Below, one piece after another: positions 33,333 to 44,811 of a DNA stretch of 64,000 nucleotides. The position numbers were made by a program, and so were the translations under genes. The notes beneath the pieces were generated by a model that had not been told where the DNA came from, searched no databases, and was given only the letters and a program-made list of their open reading frames with translations. Source of the DNA: an uncultured Planctomycetota bacterium (GTDB lineage Bacteria; Planctomycetota; Planctomycetia; Isosphaerales; Isosphaeraceae); contig CAWJTV010000001.1 in NCBI GenBank assembly GCA_963845755.1, forward strand, positions 96,001-160,000. Direction: 5' to 3'. Position 1 is the stretch's first letter, and each line of letters starts with the position of its first letter.

Positions 33333-34434
33333 ATGCTCTCGGTATTCTGTTCACCCGGCCGGTACACGCAGGGCAGGGGGGCGACCGCCGCACTGGGCGC
33401 GAGATGGCCGCGCTGGGGCTGGAGGGTCCGGTACTGATCATCGCCGGCAAGACGGTCATCGGCCGGCTGGCGGAGACGTGGAAATCCAGCCTGGACGCGG
33501 CGAAGCTGCACCACGCGGTGCACCGGTTCGGCGGCGAGTGCTCGCTAACCGAGATCGAGCGGGTCAAGTCGTCGGCGCGGGAGGGCTCGGCCCGGACGAT
33601 CGTCGGCGCCGGCGGCGGCAAGGTACTGGACACCGCCCGGGGTGCCGCCGCCGACCTCGGCCTGCCTGTGGTCAGTTGCCCGACGGTTGCCTCGAGCGAC
33701 GCGCCGTGTAGTGCCCTGTCGGTCATCTACACCGACGAGGGGATCTTCCAGGAATACCGGTTTTACCGAAAGAACCCGGATCTGGTGCTGGTGGATACCC
33801 AGGTGATCGCGCAGGCGCCGCCGCGGCTGCTCTCCGCCGGAATGGGCGATGCGCTGGCCACCTGGTTCGAGGCCCGGACGTGCGTCGCCGGCTCGGTGAA
33901 GAACATGCGCGGTGGCGGCTCGACGGCCAGCGCGCTGGCCCTGGCCGAGCTCTGTTATCGGACATTACTCGCCGACGGCGCCGCGGCGCTTCATGCCGTG
34001 TCAACCCAGTCGGTCACCCCGGCGCTCGAGCGGCTGGTCGAGGCGAACACCTTGCTCTCGGGCCTGGGCTTCGAGTCGTCCGGCCTGGCCGCAGCCCACG
34101 CCGTGCACAACGGCCTGACCGCCGCGCCTGAAACCCACGATTACTTCCACGGCGAGAAGGTCGCCTTCGGACTGCTGGTCCAACTGATCCTCGAAGGGGC
34201 CCCGCGCGCGACCGTCGCTGAGGTGCTGGGCTTTGCCACCGAGGTGAACCTGCCGATCACCCTCGCCGACATCGGCCTGAACGACCTCGCCGCGACCGGC
34301 TCAACCCGATCGCCCGGCGAGCCACCGCGACCGGCGAGACCATCCACAATGAACCCTTCGAGGTGACTCCTGAGATGGTCGCCGACGCGATCCTGGCCGC
34401 GGATGCGCTGGGACGGTCGTGGAGGAAGCTATAG
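33333..34434 (+). CDS. gldA: Glycerol dehydrogenase (frameshifts)
   Basis: SPGRYTQG, GGGKVLD, PTVASSDAPCSALSVIY, GFESSGLAAAHAVHNG and HGEKVAFG. Confidence 0.9.
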
Positions 34435-34504
34435 ACTGAGTTCGGTCTTCCGTTGGGGCTGGGCCGATACTGGTACTCCGGCACCGGAAGCCGCCGTTCC
34501 TGCT

Positions 34505-34573
34505 GGAGTCCCGCCCTCAGGCGGTCTCTTCGCCTCGATTCTGACTTCGGAGAGCGCACCGACTCCGCCTGAA
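34505..34573. repeat. REP-like palindromic element (GGAGTCCCGCCCTCAGGCGG ... CCGCCTGAA)
   Basis: Partial inverted pair between the convergent 3' ends of gldA and the membrane-protein gene. Confidence 0.45.
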
Positions 34574-34607
34574 CTTCGTCCGGGCCGCAAGCGAATGTCC
34601 AACCTCC

Positions 34608-35390
34608 TCAAAACAAAATCTTATATATAATGATCTGAATCAGGGCGATGGCCAGCCACGCGCAGATGCCCAGCCAGTGCAACCCATCGGTCGAGGAGCG
34701 GCGACGCAGGTCCCAGATGGCAGCGGCCAGGACCGCGAGCGCACAGAGCCCGATCGCGGCACCGTAGACATGCACGGAGCGCCGGCACCACTGGCCGATG
34801 ACGCGTATGTTTCCCGTACGATGCACCTGGATGGCGGTCAGGAGATGCCCTCCCGCCAGGATCATCGCGGCTAGGAGGAAGCCCAGGAATACGGCGAGCC
34901 AGTGCCACGGTAAGCGCCGGCGCAGGTGCCAGCAAAAGGCCAGGGATGCCAGGACACCCAATCCCCAACCGGTCGCCTGATGATAGACCTCGGTCAGGTT
35001 GGGGGATTTTGCCATGTGGAACGGTGTCCAGTAGGCGATGGGCGGATTATCGTAGGGTCCCCTGACGAGGCTGTAGAGCAGGATCGCCGCGCCGTCGGCC
35101 AGCGCGGCGGCGAGTCCGAATTCCAGCAGCCAGTGACCGGGGAGCATTGGTGTTTGTGGATCGCCGCGCCAACGCCGGGCCGAAAGGATGGCACCGCCGC
35201 TGAGGATGGTGCCGAAGCTCACTCCCATCATGAGGTTGTAGGCCAGGCCCAGAGGATAGGTCCTCGGTGTGAACGCAGGCTTGATCGCCTGGTACGCCCC
35301 AAACCCCAGGGCGAAGCCCAGAATCCAGATCTGCAAGTGACCGACGCGAAAACGCGGATTCCGCGCGGCGAGAAACTCATGGTCGGGCAT
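34608..35390 (-). CDS. Polytopic membrane protein, unknown function
   Basis: 260 aa with about 7 hydrophobic segments. Overlaps the upstream thioredoxin-fold gene. Confidence 0.7.
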   Translation of the reverse strand: MPDHEFLAARNPRFRVGHLQIWILGFALGFGAYQAIKPAFTPRTYPLGLAYNLMMGVSFGTILSGGAILSARRWRGDPQTPMLPGHWLLEFGLAAALADGAAILLYSLVRGPYDNPPIAYWTPFHMAKSPNLTEVYHQATGWGLGVLASLAFCWHLRRRLPWHWLAVFLGFLLAAMILAGGHLLTAIQVHRTGNIRVIGQWCRRSVHVYGAAIGLCALAVLAAAIWDLRRRSSTDGLHWLGICAWLAIALIQIIIYKILF

Positions 35391-36560
35391 TCTTCCCAGG
35401 GGTTACTTCATCCAGCAGGCTCGCCACGGCCCGGTCCAGATCATCGCCGCGGACGTCCTTGAAGCGGATCACGCCGGCCTTGTCGAGGACGAAGATCGTC
35501 GGGAACGAACGGACGCCCCACCGCGTCGTGATCGGTCCTGTGATCCCCCCATCGTACCAGCACCGCCAGGTGATCTCGCCCGAGGCGATCGACTTCCGGA
35601 GCGTCTCCACGGTCGCGTCGGTGCTCACGCTGACCATCGCGAAGGGCTTGTCCTTCAACCTGGCGACGAGCTCGCGCTCCTGGGGGTACATCCCTACGCA
35701 GGGCCCGCACCAGTTTCCGGAAAAGGTCAACACGACGACCTTGCCCCGGTCGTCGCTCAAGGCGAACGTCTTCCCCTGATGGTCCTTCCCGAGGATCTCC
35801 GGCGAGGCCTTGCCGACGGACAGGTTTCGCATCGCGAACAACTCGCCCTCGGTGATCGTTCCGAGCGACCGGTGATCATACCCATCTTCGATATCGGCGA
35901 ACTCCGCGATGATCCGTTCGAGCATTTGCTCGGATGCGCGATCGAGCGCCTCCGGGTCCGCCTGCTTCACGAATTGCTCGGTTAACGCTTTGTGCCGCTC
36001 ATGGACATACCGATCGATTTGCGCCGGCTTCTCGCGGATCCGCCGCACCATCCTCGCCTGGTATCTCAGGTACGTCGCCAGCGTGAAACAGGCCCGGCCC
36101 CGGTCGACGCGATTGGGGTTTTTCTCCAGCACCGCACGGAGCAGGGACTCGGCAACCGGCGCATGGACGAAGTAGAAGATCTGCCCGCAGACCTCGCCCA
36201 TGCCCGGGTCGCGCACGTGGTCGCGGAGCAGAATCTCCATGGCCTGGTAGGACTCATCCCCCGGCCCGGCCCTGGCCGTCTTGATGACGAACTTCAGAGC
36301 CTCGACGTTTTGAGGGGTTTTCGGATCAGCGCGGACCACGGCCAGGACCTCGTGCGTGTTCTTCGTCACCGCGTCCATGTAATGGTCGCTGGCCAAGGTC
36401 TGCTTTTGATTCAACTCCTTGTTGTAGACTTGAAGCCCTGCTCCTGCGCCTTGACGATCTCATCAAGCCTCGTCTTGTAGGCCGACGGCGCCTGACCGAA
36501 TGCCTCCGGCGCCAGCGCGAGACCCAGGATCAGGGCTGACACAACCAGGAACCGCCGCAT
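35377..36560 (-). CDS. Exported TlpA/redoxin-family thioredoxin-fold protein (one frameshift)
   Basis: Signal peptide MRRFLVVSALILGLALAPEAFG; C-terminal GKVVVLTFSGNWCGPC and WGVRSFPTIFVLD. Confidence 0.82.
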
Positions 36561-37224
36561 CCTGTCCCTCCTCCGAGTTGTCCGGGATCGCTGCTTTGTT
36601 GCAAAGTCTCGACCCAGGATACGCGAGTCGTCCGACAAGTGTCAATGATCCGGCATCACCAGCGATTCGGGCCATTACGGCGCCTCCCGACTTCGCCGCA
36701 GCGAGCTTCCGCCAGCCGGCTTTCAATGGCCCGATGGCGCAGGATGCCGTGTCGGCGGTCAGCGCGGGTCCTCGTCCCAACGTTTCGAGAGGAGGAAGCT
36801 CGCCAGATAGAGCCGCGCGTCGTCGGTCTTCCGGATCCGCCTCCAGGCCTCGAACGCCTCGCGCAGCCAGTTGAACGTAATCCAGGACCTCATGCCGTCG
36901 GAACACGCGGGTGAGGTCATAGTCCGCCTCATGGCGGAGATCCTGAAGCTTGATGAATGTGCTCGTCACGGTCTTCAGGTCGGCGGGGGTCGTGTAGCCT
37001 CCGCGCGGCGATTGCACGGCTTTGGGAAGCCTGTCATTCCCGATCATCGTGGAGGATTTCTTCATGTCCCCGTGATTGAGCGTCCGGTTGATCCGCGCCA
37101 CCAGGCCAGGCTCGAGGGCGAACAGGGCCGACGTCTCCGATGACAGCAGGTGGAACAACGCGTAATAGGCCGACGAGACCGCCCGGCGGAGGTTCATCTG
37201 CTTGGGACGTCGCGGATCCCACTA

Positions 37225-38445
37225 GTGCTCTGTCACAGCTTAATTTTGGGGTAGATCGACTTCAATTTGGAGCGGGCATCGTCGATCTTCATCTGCCAAT
37301 CCACTCCGCGCTGGGTGCTGTTGACGTCGGTTGACCAAGCGGTGGTCTCCACTCGCAGCGCCTGGGCATCACCGAAGCGGCGGCCGGCTATACACTGCCG
37401 CGTCAACGAGCTGAGCTCGTTCTCGGCGATGTTCAGCCAACTGCCGTGCTTGGGGATGTAGCAGAACTCGATGCGGCGGACCAACTGGCGAGCACGGGGC
37501 GGTGCAAAGACTTCGTAGAAGGCACCCTTGGTGTGCGTGTTCAAGTTGTCGCATACCACGATCACTCGCTCGGCACTGGCATAACGGCCCTCCAACAGCG
37601 CGGCCATCTCGATCGCCCAGTCAACCTTGGTCTTGGTATCCCGGACGGCCACCTCGCGCCAGCCCGCCAGCGGCTCGGTGAACATAAAGATGTTCGCCGT
37701 CCCGGCACGCTCGTATTCGTAGTCAACGCGCTTGGCGTGTCGGCGCGTGGCAGGGATCGGCACGCGGGACTCCTTCAGCAATTGCACCGGCTGTTCGTCC
37801 ATGGACAGGATCGGCCGCATCGAGTCGTAAGGCTTGGCGTAGGTCTCCAGCACCTCTTCCATGTGGGCCACGAACTCACCGTCAGCCTCGGGCGGGATGA
37901 CCCAGTACTCGATCTTGCGGTTGGTCATCCCGTTTTTTTCAGAGTCCGCCGCACCGTCTCGTAACTGACGGTTTCGACGATCCCCAGTTCCACCACCTTT
38001 CGAGCTAAGAGCCGCAGCGTCCAGTTGGCATAACCCGGGGGCGGTGACCCGAGCCGTGTGGCGATGATCTTCGCCTCCTGTTCGCCGTTGAGTAGCTTCT
38101 CGACCGGCGGCATCTGGCGCCTGCTGCGGTCCAATGCCTCTCGAAAGCCGTACTCCACGAGACGCTGACGAATGTTCTCGACGGTCTGCGTTCGGCATCC
38201 GAACGCCTCGGCGATGCGACGATCGGTCCAGTTCGGACCGTCCGCATCGGCCTTGAACAGGATCTGGGCGCGTCGAACCTTCTCGCTGGTTCCCTTCAAC
38301 TTCTTGATCACGGCCGCCAACTCGTCCCGTTCCTCAGCCGTAAGCCGGACAATGTACTTCTTGTTCATGGGGGCCTCCTTGTTCCCCGTATCATCCACGG
38401 TCGCGGAGGTTTCCCCAACCCCAATTTTTAGCTGTGACAAAGCAC
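37225..38445 (-). mobile_element. IS630-family insertion sequence (1221 bp)
   Basis: Terminal IRs GTGCTCTGTCACAGCT / GTGCTTTGTCACAGCT. TA duplicated at 37223-37224 and 38446-38447. Confidence 0.92.
37233..38368 (-). CDS. IS630 transposase in two ORFs joined by a -1 frameshift at A7
   Basis: HTH ORF MNKKYIVRL...LKK and DDE ORF with MDEQP, CDNLNTH, PKHGSWLNIAENE. Slippery GAAAAAAAC at 37932-37940. Confidence 0.9.
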
Positions 38446-38490
38446 TAGGCGAGTTCTTGCGCTGGTCCAACAGGTCATCGTGGAGACTCA

Positions 38491-39122
38491 TCAAGCCTCC
38501 ACGGGTTCGGACTGCTCTCTGAGCGAGCGGAACGAAAGATAAGGAAAGCGATCGGGGGCAACCTGTCGGGCGACGTCTTCGAGGGGATTTCGGAGCCTTT
38601 GGGCCGCTTCCAGGAAGTCTTCATCCTTCTCGGAGACCTCGTCCGAGAGATACGCCCAGATCCAGAGGCCGGGGTCGCCCGTGTGGTCCAGTTTGGTACG
38701 GAACCGCAGCTCCGCAAGTTCCGCTGGCCTCCAAGGTGCAATCTCCCGTTCGATTAGCTTCCCCAACCGGAAAGCCTCGGCGTTCTCGTAGCGGTCGAAT
38801 TCGAGCAGTCGAATGATGTCCCGGAACAAGGGCAGCGCACTTTCCACGGTGTCGCCCGTTGCCGGGGCCATCGGGTTCACGGTCGAGGTCACCTGACGGA
38901 ACTCCGCCACGAGCTTCGCCAGTTGCGACCGCTCGGCATCAGACAGGAAAGCGAACTCCGACTCGTCGAATCCGGCGACAGACCGGGGCGTGACCCAATG
39001 CGTTGTCTTCCGAAGCATGGCCTCAATGGCGTCCGCATCGAGTGGAGGCACTCGGCGATGAATTCCGGAGCATAGAGGTTGGCCCCGATCCGCACCTTCG
39101 TCCAGAAGTCGTTAAACGCCAT
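38491..39122 (-). CDS. Hypothetical protein, likely partner of the HEPN-like gene (frameshifts)
   Basis: C-domain LRFRTKLDHTGDPGLWIWAYLSD...FPYLSFRS. Coupled to the HEPN-like gene by a TGATG overlap. Confidence 0.6.
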
Positions 39123-39466
39123 GATGATTCCCCGGAGAATCCGAGAGCCGGTAAGACCGTTGAACCTGATTATACCGACGAGCCAGCCGATCGATCACCC
39201 CTTCGTTTCGCACCCGCCCATGAGGAAGGATCGCTGGTATCATCGGAGAGCGACCATCTCACCGCCGATCGGACGGTGCAGCCGTCAGGCCCCTACGATA
39301 GGCCGTGTTTCCCGGCGAGCAGGCCACGGAGAGCGGAAGCCCGGCACCAAAGAATGCTCCATCCACCTGTCGATTCAGGCATACATGTGTTACGATGGCC
39401 TGACCTCGACAGGGGGAGGGGGCAACGACCGGCCGTTTGCGTTTCGCTCGGTGGAAGGAGCGGGCC

Positions 39467-42400
39467 ATGTCTCGGCTTCGCATCACCCAATCGGATGGGG
39501 CCAACGACTCATACCGCGTCGATCTGGAATTCGAGGTGGAAAAGAAGCCTCGCCAGACGGCCACGGCCACGTTCGCGTTCGGAATCTCCGAGTCGGATCA
39601 GGAGGACCTACGCTGGTACCTGGAAGACTTCCTCCAGTTCCCCCAGGATCCTGCCCCGACGATCGCGGCTCGCGTCGAGCGGCGGATGGGCGAGATCGGC
39701 AAGGACCTGTTCACCAAGGTCTTCCACTCCAGCGACGACGCGCACGACCTCTGGGCCAAGCTGCGAGAGAAGCTCGATGACACCCACGTCGAGGTCGTCA
39801 CCTCGGTCGAAGGCGCGACGGCGATTCCCTGGGATCTGATCCGCGATCCCAAGACCGACACTCCGCTGGCCCTCCGCGCCTCGGCGTTCGTCCGTGCCCA
39901 CCCTCAAGCCGCCCAGCAGCCCCAGGGCCCAAGACGAAGTCCGGGCCGATCCGCATCCTCCTGGTGATCTGCCGGCCTCGTGCCGGGGACGACGTACCGT
40001 TTCGTTCCGTAGCCAGTCGGTTGATCAAGGGGCTGAGCGAGCCGACCCAGGCGACCTACCAGCTCGACGTCCTGCGCCGCCCACCTTCGATCAACTGGGC
40101 CGCGTGCTCCGCCGGGCCAAGGCGGAGAGGAAGCCCTACCACGTCGTCCACTTCGATGGCCACGGGATCTATGCCGATTTGACCGTCGCGGGCCATGTGG
40201 CCCAGATCCTCCAGAAACTCTTCCCCGTCATCTTCTCGGCGCCGCGTACCGGCCAGCACGGCTTTCTCCTTTTCGAGAACCCCCAGATCCAGGAAAACCT
40301 TGCGCCCATCGATGGCACCAGGCTCGGAAACCTGCTGGTTGAGACCGATGTGTCTGTGCTCGTTCTCAACGCCTGCCGCAGTGCCCACGCCGAGGTCGAA
40401 GACGAGTCCGAGCCCACCAACCGGCGAGCCGCCGACGAACCTCAGCGCGGCCCAGGCGGCCGACGATCTTCATGAGCGGGTGCGGACCTTCGGCACACTG
40501 GCCCAGGAGGTCATGGAAGCCGGCGTGGCGGGCGTGGTGGCAATGCGTTACAACGTCTACGTCGTCACGGCCGCCCAGTTCGTCGCCGACCTCTACGCCG
40601 AACTCGTCCGCGGCCGGACGCTCGGCGCCGCGGTCACGATGGGCCGCAAGCAACTGCATGACAACCCCAACCGCAGCATTGCCTACGACCCACTCCCCTT
40701 GCAGGACTGGTGCGTACCGGTCGTCTACGAGTCTACGCCGATCCGGCTCTTTCCCGTCCAGAAGAAGGCCGATGGCCTGACGATCACGATCCAGGCCGGC
40801 GACACGGCCTCTCGCCGCGGTGCGCTCGACAGCGAGCTACCCCGCCCGCCCGATGCGGGCTTCTTCGGCCGCGACGAGACGCTGCTGGCCCTCGACCGGG
40901 CCTTCGACACGCAACAGGTCGTGCTCCTGCACGCCTATGCCGGCAGCGGCAAGACCACCACCGCGGCCGAGTTCGCCCGCTGGTATTCCTTGACCGGCGG
41001 CATCACCGGCCCGGTCCTCTTCACCTCGTTCGAGCAGTACAAACCGCTGCCCCGGGTGCTCGACCGGATTGGCGATGTCTTCGGTCGGATGCTCGAACAA
41101 GCGGGAGTTCACTGGCTGGCCCTCGATGAAGCCGATCGGCGTAAGGTGGCGCTGGATGTCCTGAATCGGATCTCGGTCCTCTGGATCTGGGACAACGTCG
41201 AGCCGATCGCCGGCTTTCCAAAGGGGACGCCCTCGACCTGGAGCGACCTGGAACAGAAGGAGCTGGCCGACTTCCTTCGCGATGCCCGCTCGACCCAGGC
41301 CCGGTTCCTGCTCACCAGCCGCCGCGACGAGCACGATTGGCTGGGCGACCTGCCGCGAAGAATCGCGGTCCCGGCGATGCCCATGCAGGAGCGGGTGCAA
41401 CTGGCCCGCGCCCTTGCGGAGAAGCGCGGCCGCCGGATCACCGACGTGGAAGACTGGAGGCCGCTGCTGCGATTCACCGAAGGCAACCCGCTCACCATCA
41501 CCGTGCTCGTCGGCCAGGCCTTGCGCGATGGCCTGAAGACGAAAGTGCAGATCGGGGAGTTCGTGACGGAGTTGAAGGCAGGTACCGCGAAATTCGACGA
41601 CGAGGCGAGCGAAGGCCGCACCCGATCGCTCGGCGCGTCGCTCAGCTACGGTTTCAACCACGCCTTCAGCGAAGCCGAGCGCAAGCAACTGGCCCTGTTG
41701 CACTTCTTCCAGGGCTTCGTCGACGTGGACGCGTTGAGGATGATGGGCGACCCCAAGGCCGACTGGTGCCTGCCCGAAGTGCGTGGCCTGACGCGAGAAG
41801 CCGGCATCGCCCTGCTCGATCGCGCCGCCGAAGTCGGCCTGCTCACCGCGCTCGGGGGCGGCAATTACACCATCCACCCGGCCGTGCCCTGGTTCTTCAA
41901 GACCCTGTTCGACGCCTACTATGCCGGTCCCCCGACTGATTCGGCCGACGATCGTGGCGGCGAAGAGAACTCCCAGGCCGGCCGCGCCATGCGGGCCTTC
42001 GTGCGGGCGATGGGTGAACTGGGGAATTACTACTCGGCAGGAATACGTCAGCGGCAATAGCGACGTGATCGCCGCTTTGTCCGCCGATGAGGCCAATTTA
42101 CTGTACGCTCGGCGCCTGGCCCGTCAGAACGGCTGGTCGGATCCGGTCGCCAGCACGATGCAGGGCTTGAGGCTCCTATACCAGCACAGGGGCCGCAGGG
42201 TGGAATGGAAGAGCCTGGTCGATGAGATCGTACCCGACTTTGTGGACCCGGCCACGGACGGACCACGACCAGGCCGCGAGTCCGCCTGGAGCCTCGTCAC
42301 GCAATATCGCGTGCATCTCGCTCGGGAGGCACGAGAGTGGGCGAACGCCGAGCGGCTGCAACGAGTCTGTGTGGAATGGGATCGTCAGTCTGCCGAGCAC

Positions 42401-43285
42401 TTCATCGACACGTACCAGGGTCGGACGGATCCTCCATCGTCAGCGATGAAGCCCAGCCACCCGGATCCGAACGACCACCAACAACTTCGGTCAAACGGCC
42501 GCCCTTCCGGGACCGCCTCGCGGCGGTCCTGCCAGGCCTGTCCCCTACCGACCGAAATCTCATCCGCTCCCTGGCGGTCTCGCTGCACGAACTGGGCGAA
42601 ATCCAGCGCGAACGTGGGGAACCGGCGTGTATCGCCTCTTACCAGGAATCGCTCGACCTGGCCGAGGAGATGGGTGAGCGTGCCGGTGCTGCAATTTGTG
42701 CCTTCAACCTGGGCACGGCCCACAAGGACATCCCCGCCATCCGCGACCTGGACCGGGCCGAAAATTGGTATCGGCGCAGCCTGGAACTTTATGACGAGCG
42801 TGACCGGCTCCGTCGAGGAAGATCGCAGGGTCAACTGGGTGGCGTGGCGCTCGAACGATTCTGGGAGGCCAGGAACGCTGGCGAGGCGGCGGCCACGCTG
42901 CTCGCTCACCTCAACGCCGCGCGCGGCCTATCAGCAGGCCCTCGCGTTGATCCCCGAGGATGCCGTGAATGATCGGGGGGTCGCTCACGGCCAGCTCGGC
43001 TCGATCTACGGGGGAGCCGGTGATATCGACCGCGCCCTACCGCATTACCGCGAAGCCATCCGTTACAGGGAATTGGCAGGCGACAGTTACGGCGCCGCAC
43101 AAACCATCCGCTACAACGTCGCGCTGCACCTGGCCCAATCCGGCCGCTTCGTGGACGCCCGGGAATACGCCCGCGCCGCCCTGAATGGCTTCTCCTCCTA
43201 TGGATCCGCCGCGGCAGATTGGGTTCAAAAAACGCAAGAATTGCTCAAATGGATTGACGAGGCTATTGCCAGGAAGAAGGGATAG
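39467..43285 (+). CDS. CHAT (caspase-like) protease - P-loop NTPase (STAND/NB-ARC-like) - TPR protein (frameshifts)
   Basis: LRWYLEDF, IPWDLIRDP, HVVHFDGHG, VLNACRSA, FFGRDE, Walker A AGSGKTT, Walker B WIWDNVE, LLTSRR, GNPL, then TPRs. Confidence 0.85.
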
Positions 43286-43381
43286 GTCGAATTCACCAAA
43301 GCGCCGCCGAGCCGAACAGAATGTCTGGCGACGTCATCAGAACCAGAACCGTTCACCCCCCTATCGAGAGACGAGATCCCC

Positions 43382-43777
43382 ATGAACCGCAACGAATTCG
43401 CCGCAATGATCGCCGCCGAGCCGAACCTCTCGGGACCGATCGAACGGGCCGGGCAGGCCGCGCGGCCGGGGCACTACACCGTGGTGGCCGAGGCGGCCGT
43501 CATTGCGCTGATGTTCCCGATCGTCCGGTACATCATCGTCCAGATCGGCCTGCCCTGGCTCCATGAGCTGAAGCGTTACAGCGAACTCCAGCGTCAGAAG
43601 GTCCATCAGTGGATCGACGAGCGATCGCGCGCCGAGGGCCTCGACCCCGACGCCGCCGAGGCCGCCAGCGACGCCCTCTGCCGGGAACTCGAACAGACCA
43701 CCAGCGCCTCGGCCCGCGCCTCCTGGCAGCGCCTGGCCGAGCTCTTGAAGGCCGGGAAGGACGAAGACAACGCCTGA
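43382..43777 (+). CDS. Small hypothetical protein with one hydrophobic segment, downstream of the CHAT gene
   Basis: Intact 131-aa ORF with purine-rich RBS and segment VVAEAAVIALMFPIVRYIIVQIGLPWL. Confidence 0.7.
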   Translation: MNRNEFAAMIAAEPNLSGPIERAGQAARPGHYTVVAEAAVIALMFPIVRYIIVQIGLPWLHELKRYSELQRQKVHQWIDERSRAEGLDPDAAEAASDALCRELEQTTSASARASWQRLAELLKAGKDEDNA

Positions 43778-43957
43778 ACGTCATCTCCTAGTGAACCCGC
43801 CGAACGATCGCCTTGGGTCGCAACCCATAAGAGATCGCCACTGGGTAACATCAAGGTGAGGCAACACGCCTCTAACGACTTGGCGTATAGCTGAGGTGGG
43901 TCGTGTTTCCTTTTCTCCTCGGAGCTTCGCAATCTCTCAGATCCGTCAGGAGGGATC

Positions 43958-44398
43958 TCAGCGATTGGATTCTCTCGGCGGCCACCAACCAACCTGTACC
44001 CATAGCGAGCGAGCCGCCACGAGCTCTGGCCGGTTCAGTTGAAGGGTGACGACGGTGGCGCGACCGCGCGGCGTCAAGCCGATGATCTCCGTACCGTCCT
44101 CACTCCAGGAAAAATGATCGGGCCATTTCTGTCGCCGCGGGTTCCACAACCGGACGCGCTTGCCCGTGGCGGGATCTCGCCCCTGGATGCGATCGCCCTT
44201 GAACTCGTTGCATGCATGGCAGGCCAGCCATAGGTTCTTTTCAACCGTCTGGCCGCCTCTGGCTTCGGGAATGATATGCTCGATGGTCAGGCGAAACCCC
44301 GCAATGCTCTCAGGCGTCCGGCAATAACCACAGCGATTGCCGGCGATCCTGGCCACGCGCTCGCGCAGTCGGCGCGGCACACGGGCCTTGCCGGCCAT
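43958..44398 (-). CDS. HNH endonuclease
   Basis: RCGYC, IEHIIPEARGG, NLWLACHACNEFKG and NPRRQKWPDHFSW. Confidence 0.9.
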   Translation of the reverse strand: MAGKARVPRRLRERVARIAGNRCGYCRTPESIAGFRLTIEHIIPEARGGQTVEKNLWLACHACNEFKGDRIQGRDPATGKRVRLWNPRRQKWPDHFSWSEDGTEIIGLTPRGRATVVTLQLNRPELVAARSLWVQVGWWPPRESNR

Positions 44399-44400
44399 GG

Positions 44401-44811
44401 CTAGAGATCCCCGATGGTCGGGACGCTATGCCCGCGGTACTTCAGCAACAAGGTCGCGTAGGACCGCCGGAGCATCAGACAGTCCCCATCCGCGCGCAGC
44501 TCGCCCAATGCGTGTTTCTCCCGGTCCGTCAACTCGCCTCGCTGGTTCTTATCAAGAAGGCGTTCCAAACGCTGCTGCTTGACCGGAGCGGGACGACTTC
44601 GCGCGATTTTCCACAATTCGTCATCGCCGAGATCTTCCATGGCCTCGAGTTGGGCTCGATATTCGGCCGGCACTTTCTCCAACGACGGTGTCGCGGCCCG
44701 GACGATGTTCACCAGCGCCTTCTCTACGGATTGGTTCATCCCCTTGGCGGCGCGGCGGACCCGCTCATAGACGTCGTCGGGCAACTCCAGGGTGAGCATG
44801 GGGTGGCTCAT
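44401..44811 (-). CDS. Putative antitoxin with ribbon-helix-helix-like N-terminus
   Basis: LTLELPDDVYERVRRAA N-terminus. Ends 2 nt before the HNH start. Confidence 0.65.
   Translation of the reverse strand: MSHPMLTLELPDDVYERVRRAAKGMNQSVEKALVNIVRAATPSLEKVPAEYRAQLEAMEDLGDDELWKIARSRPAPVKQQRLERLLDKNQRGELTDREKHALGELRADGDCLMLRRSYATLLLKYRGHSVPTIGDL

Larger units (their letters stand above)
36759..38491 (-). pseudogene. HEPN-like (UPF0332-type) protein interrupted by IS630
   Basis: MSLHDDLLDQ lies before the IS; DPRRPKQMNLRRAVSSAYYALFH...LQDLRHEADYD lies after it. Confidence 0.75.

Noticed and set aside
3931..38447. Stop-codon reassignment (in-frame TAA/TAG in kinase and HEPN genes)
   Set aside because: The stops are of two types, occur only in IS-disrupted genes, and TAG/TAA end normal genes elsewhere in the window.
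37925..38494. 189-aa ORF as a single protein
   Set aside because: It is a chimera of the HEPN-like N-terminus read through the IS630 end into transposase ORF A, which starts at 38368.
43286..43957. Integron attC sites around the small ORF (GCCGAAC and CTCTAAC motifs)
   Set aside because: No matching GTTRRRY core with a long imperfect palindrome was found, and there is no integrase.
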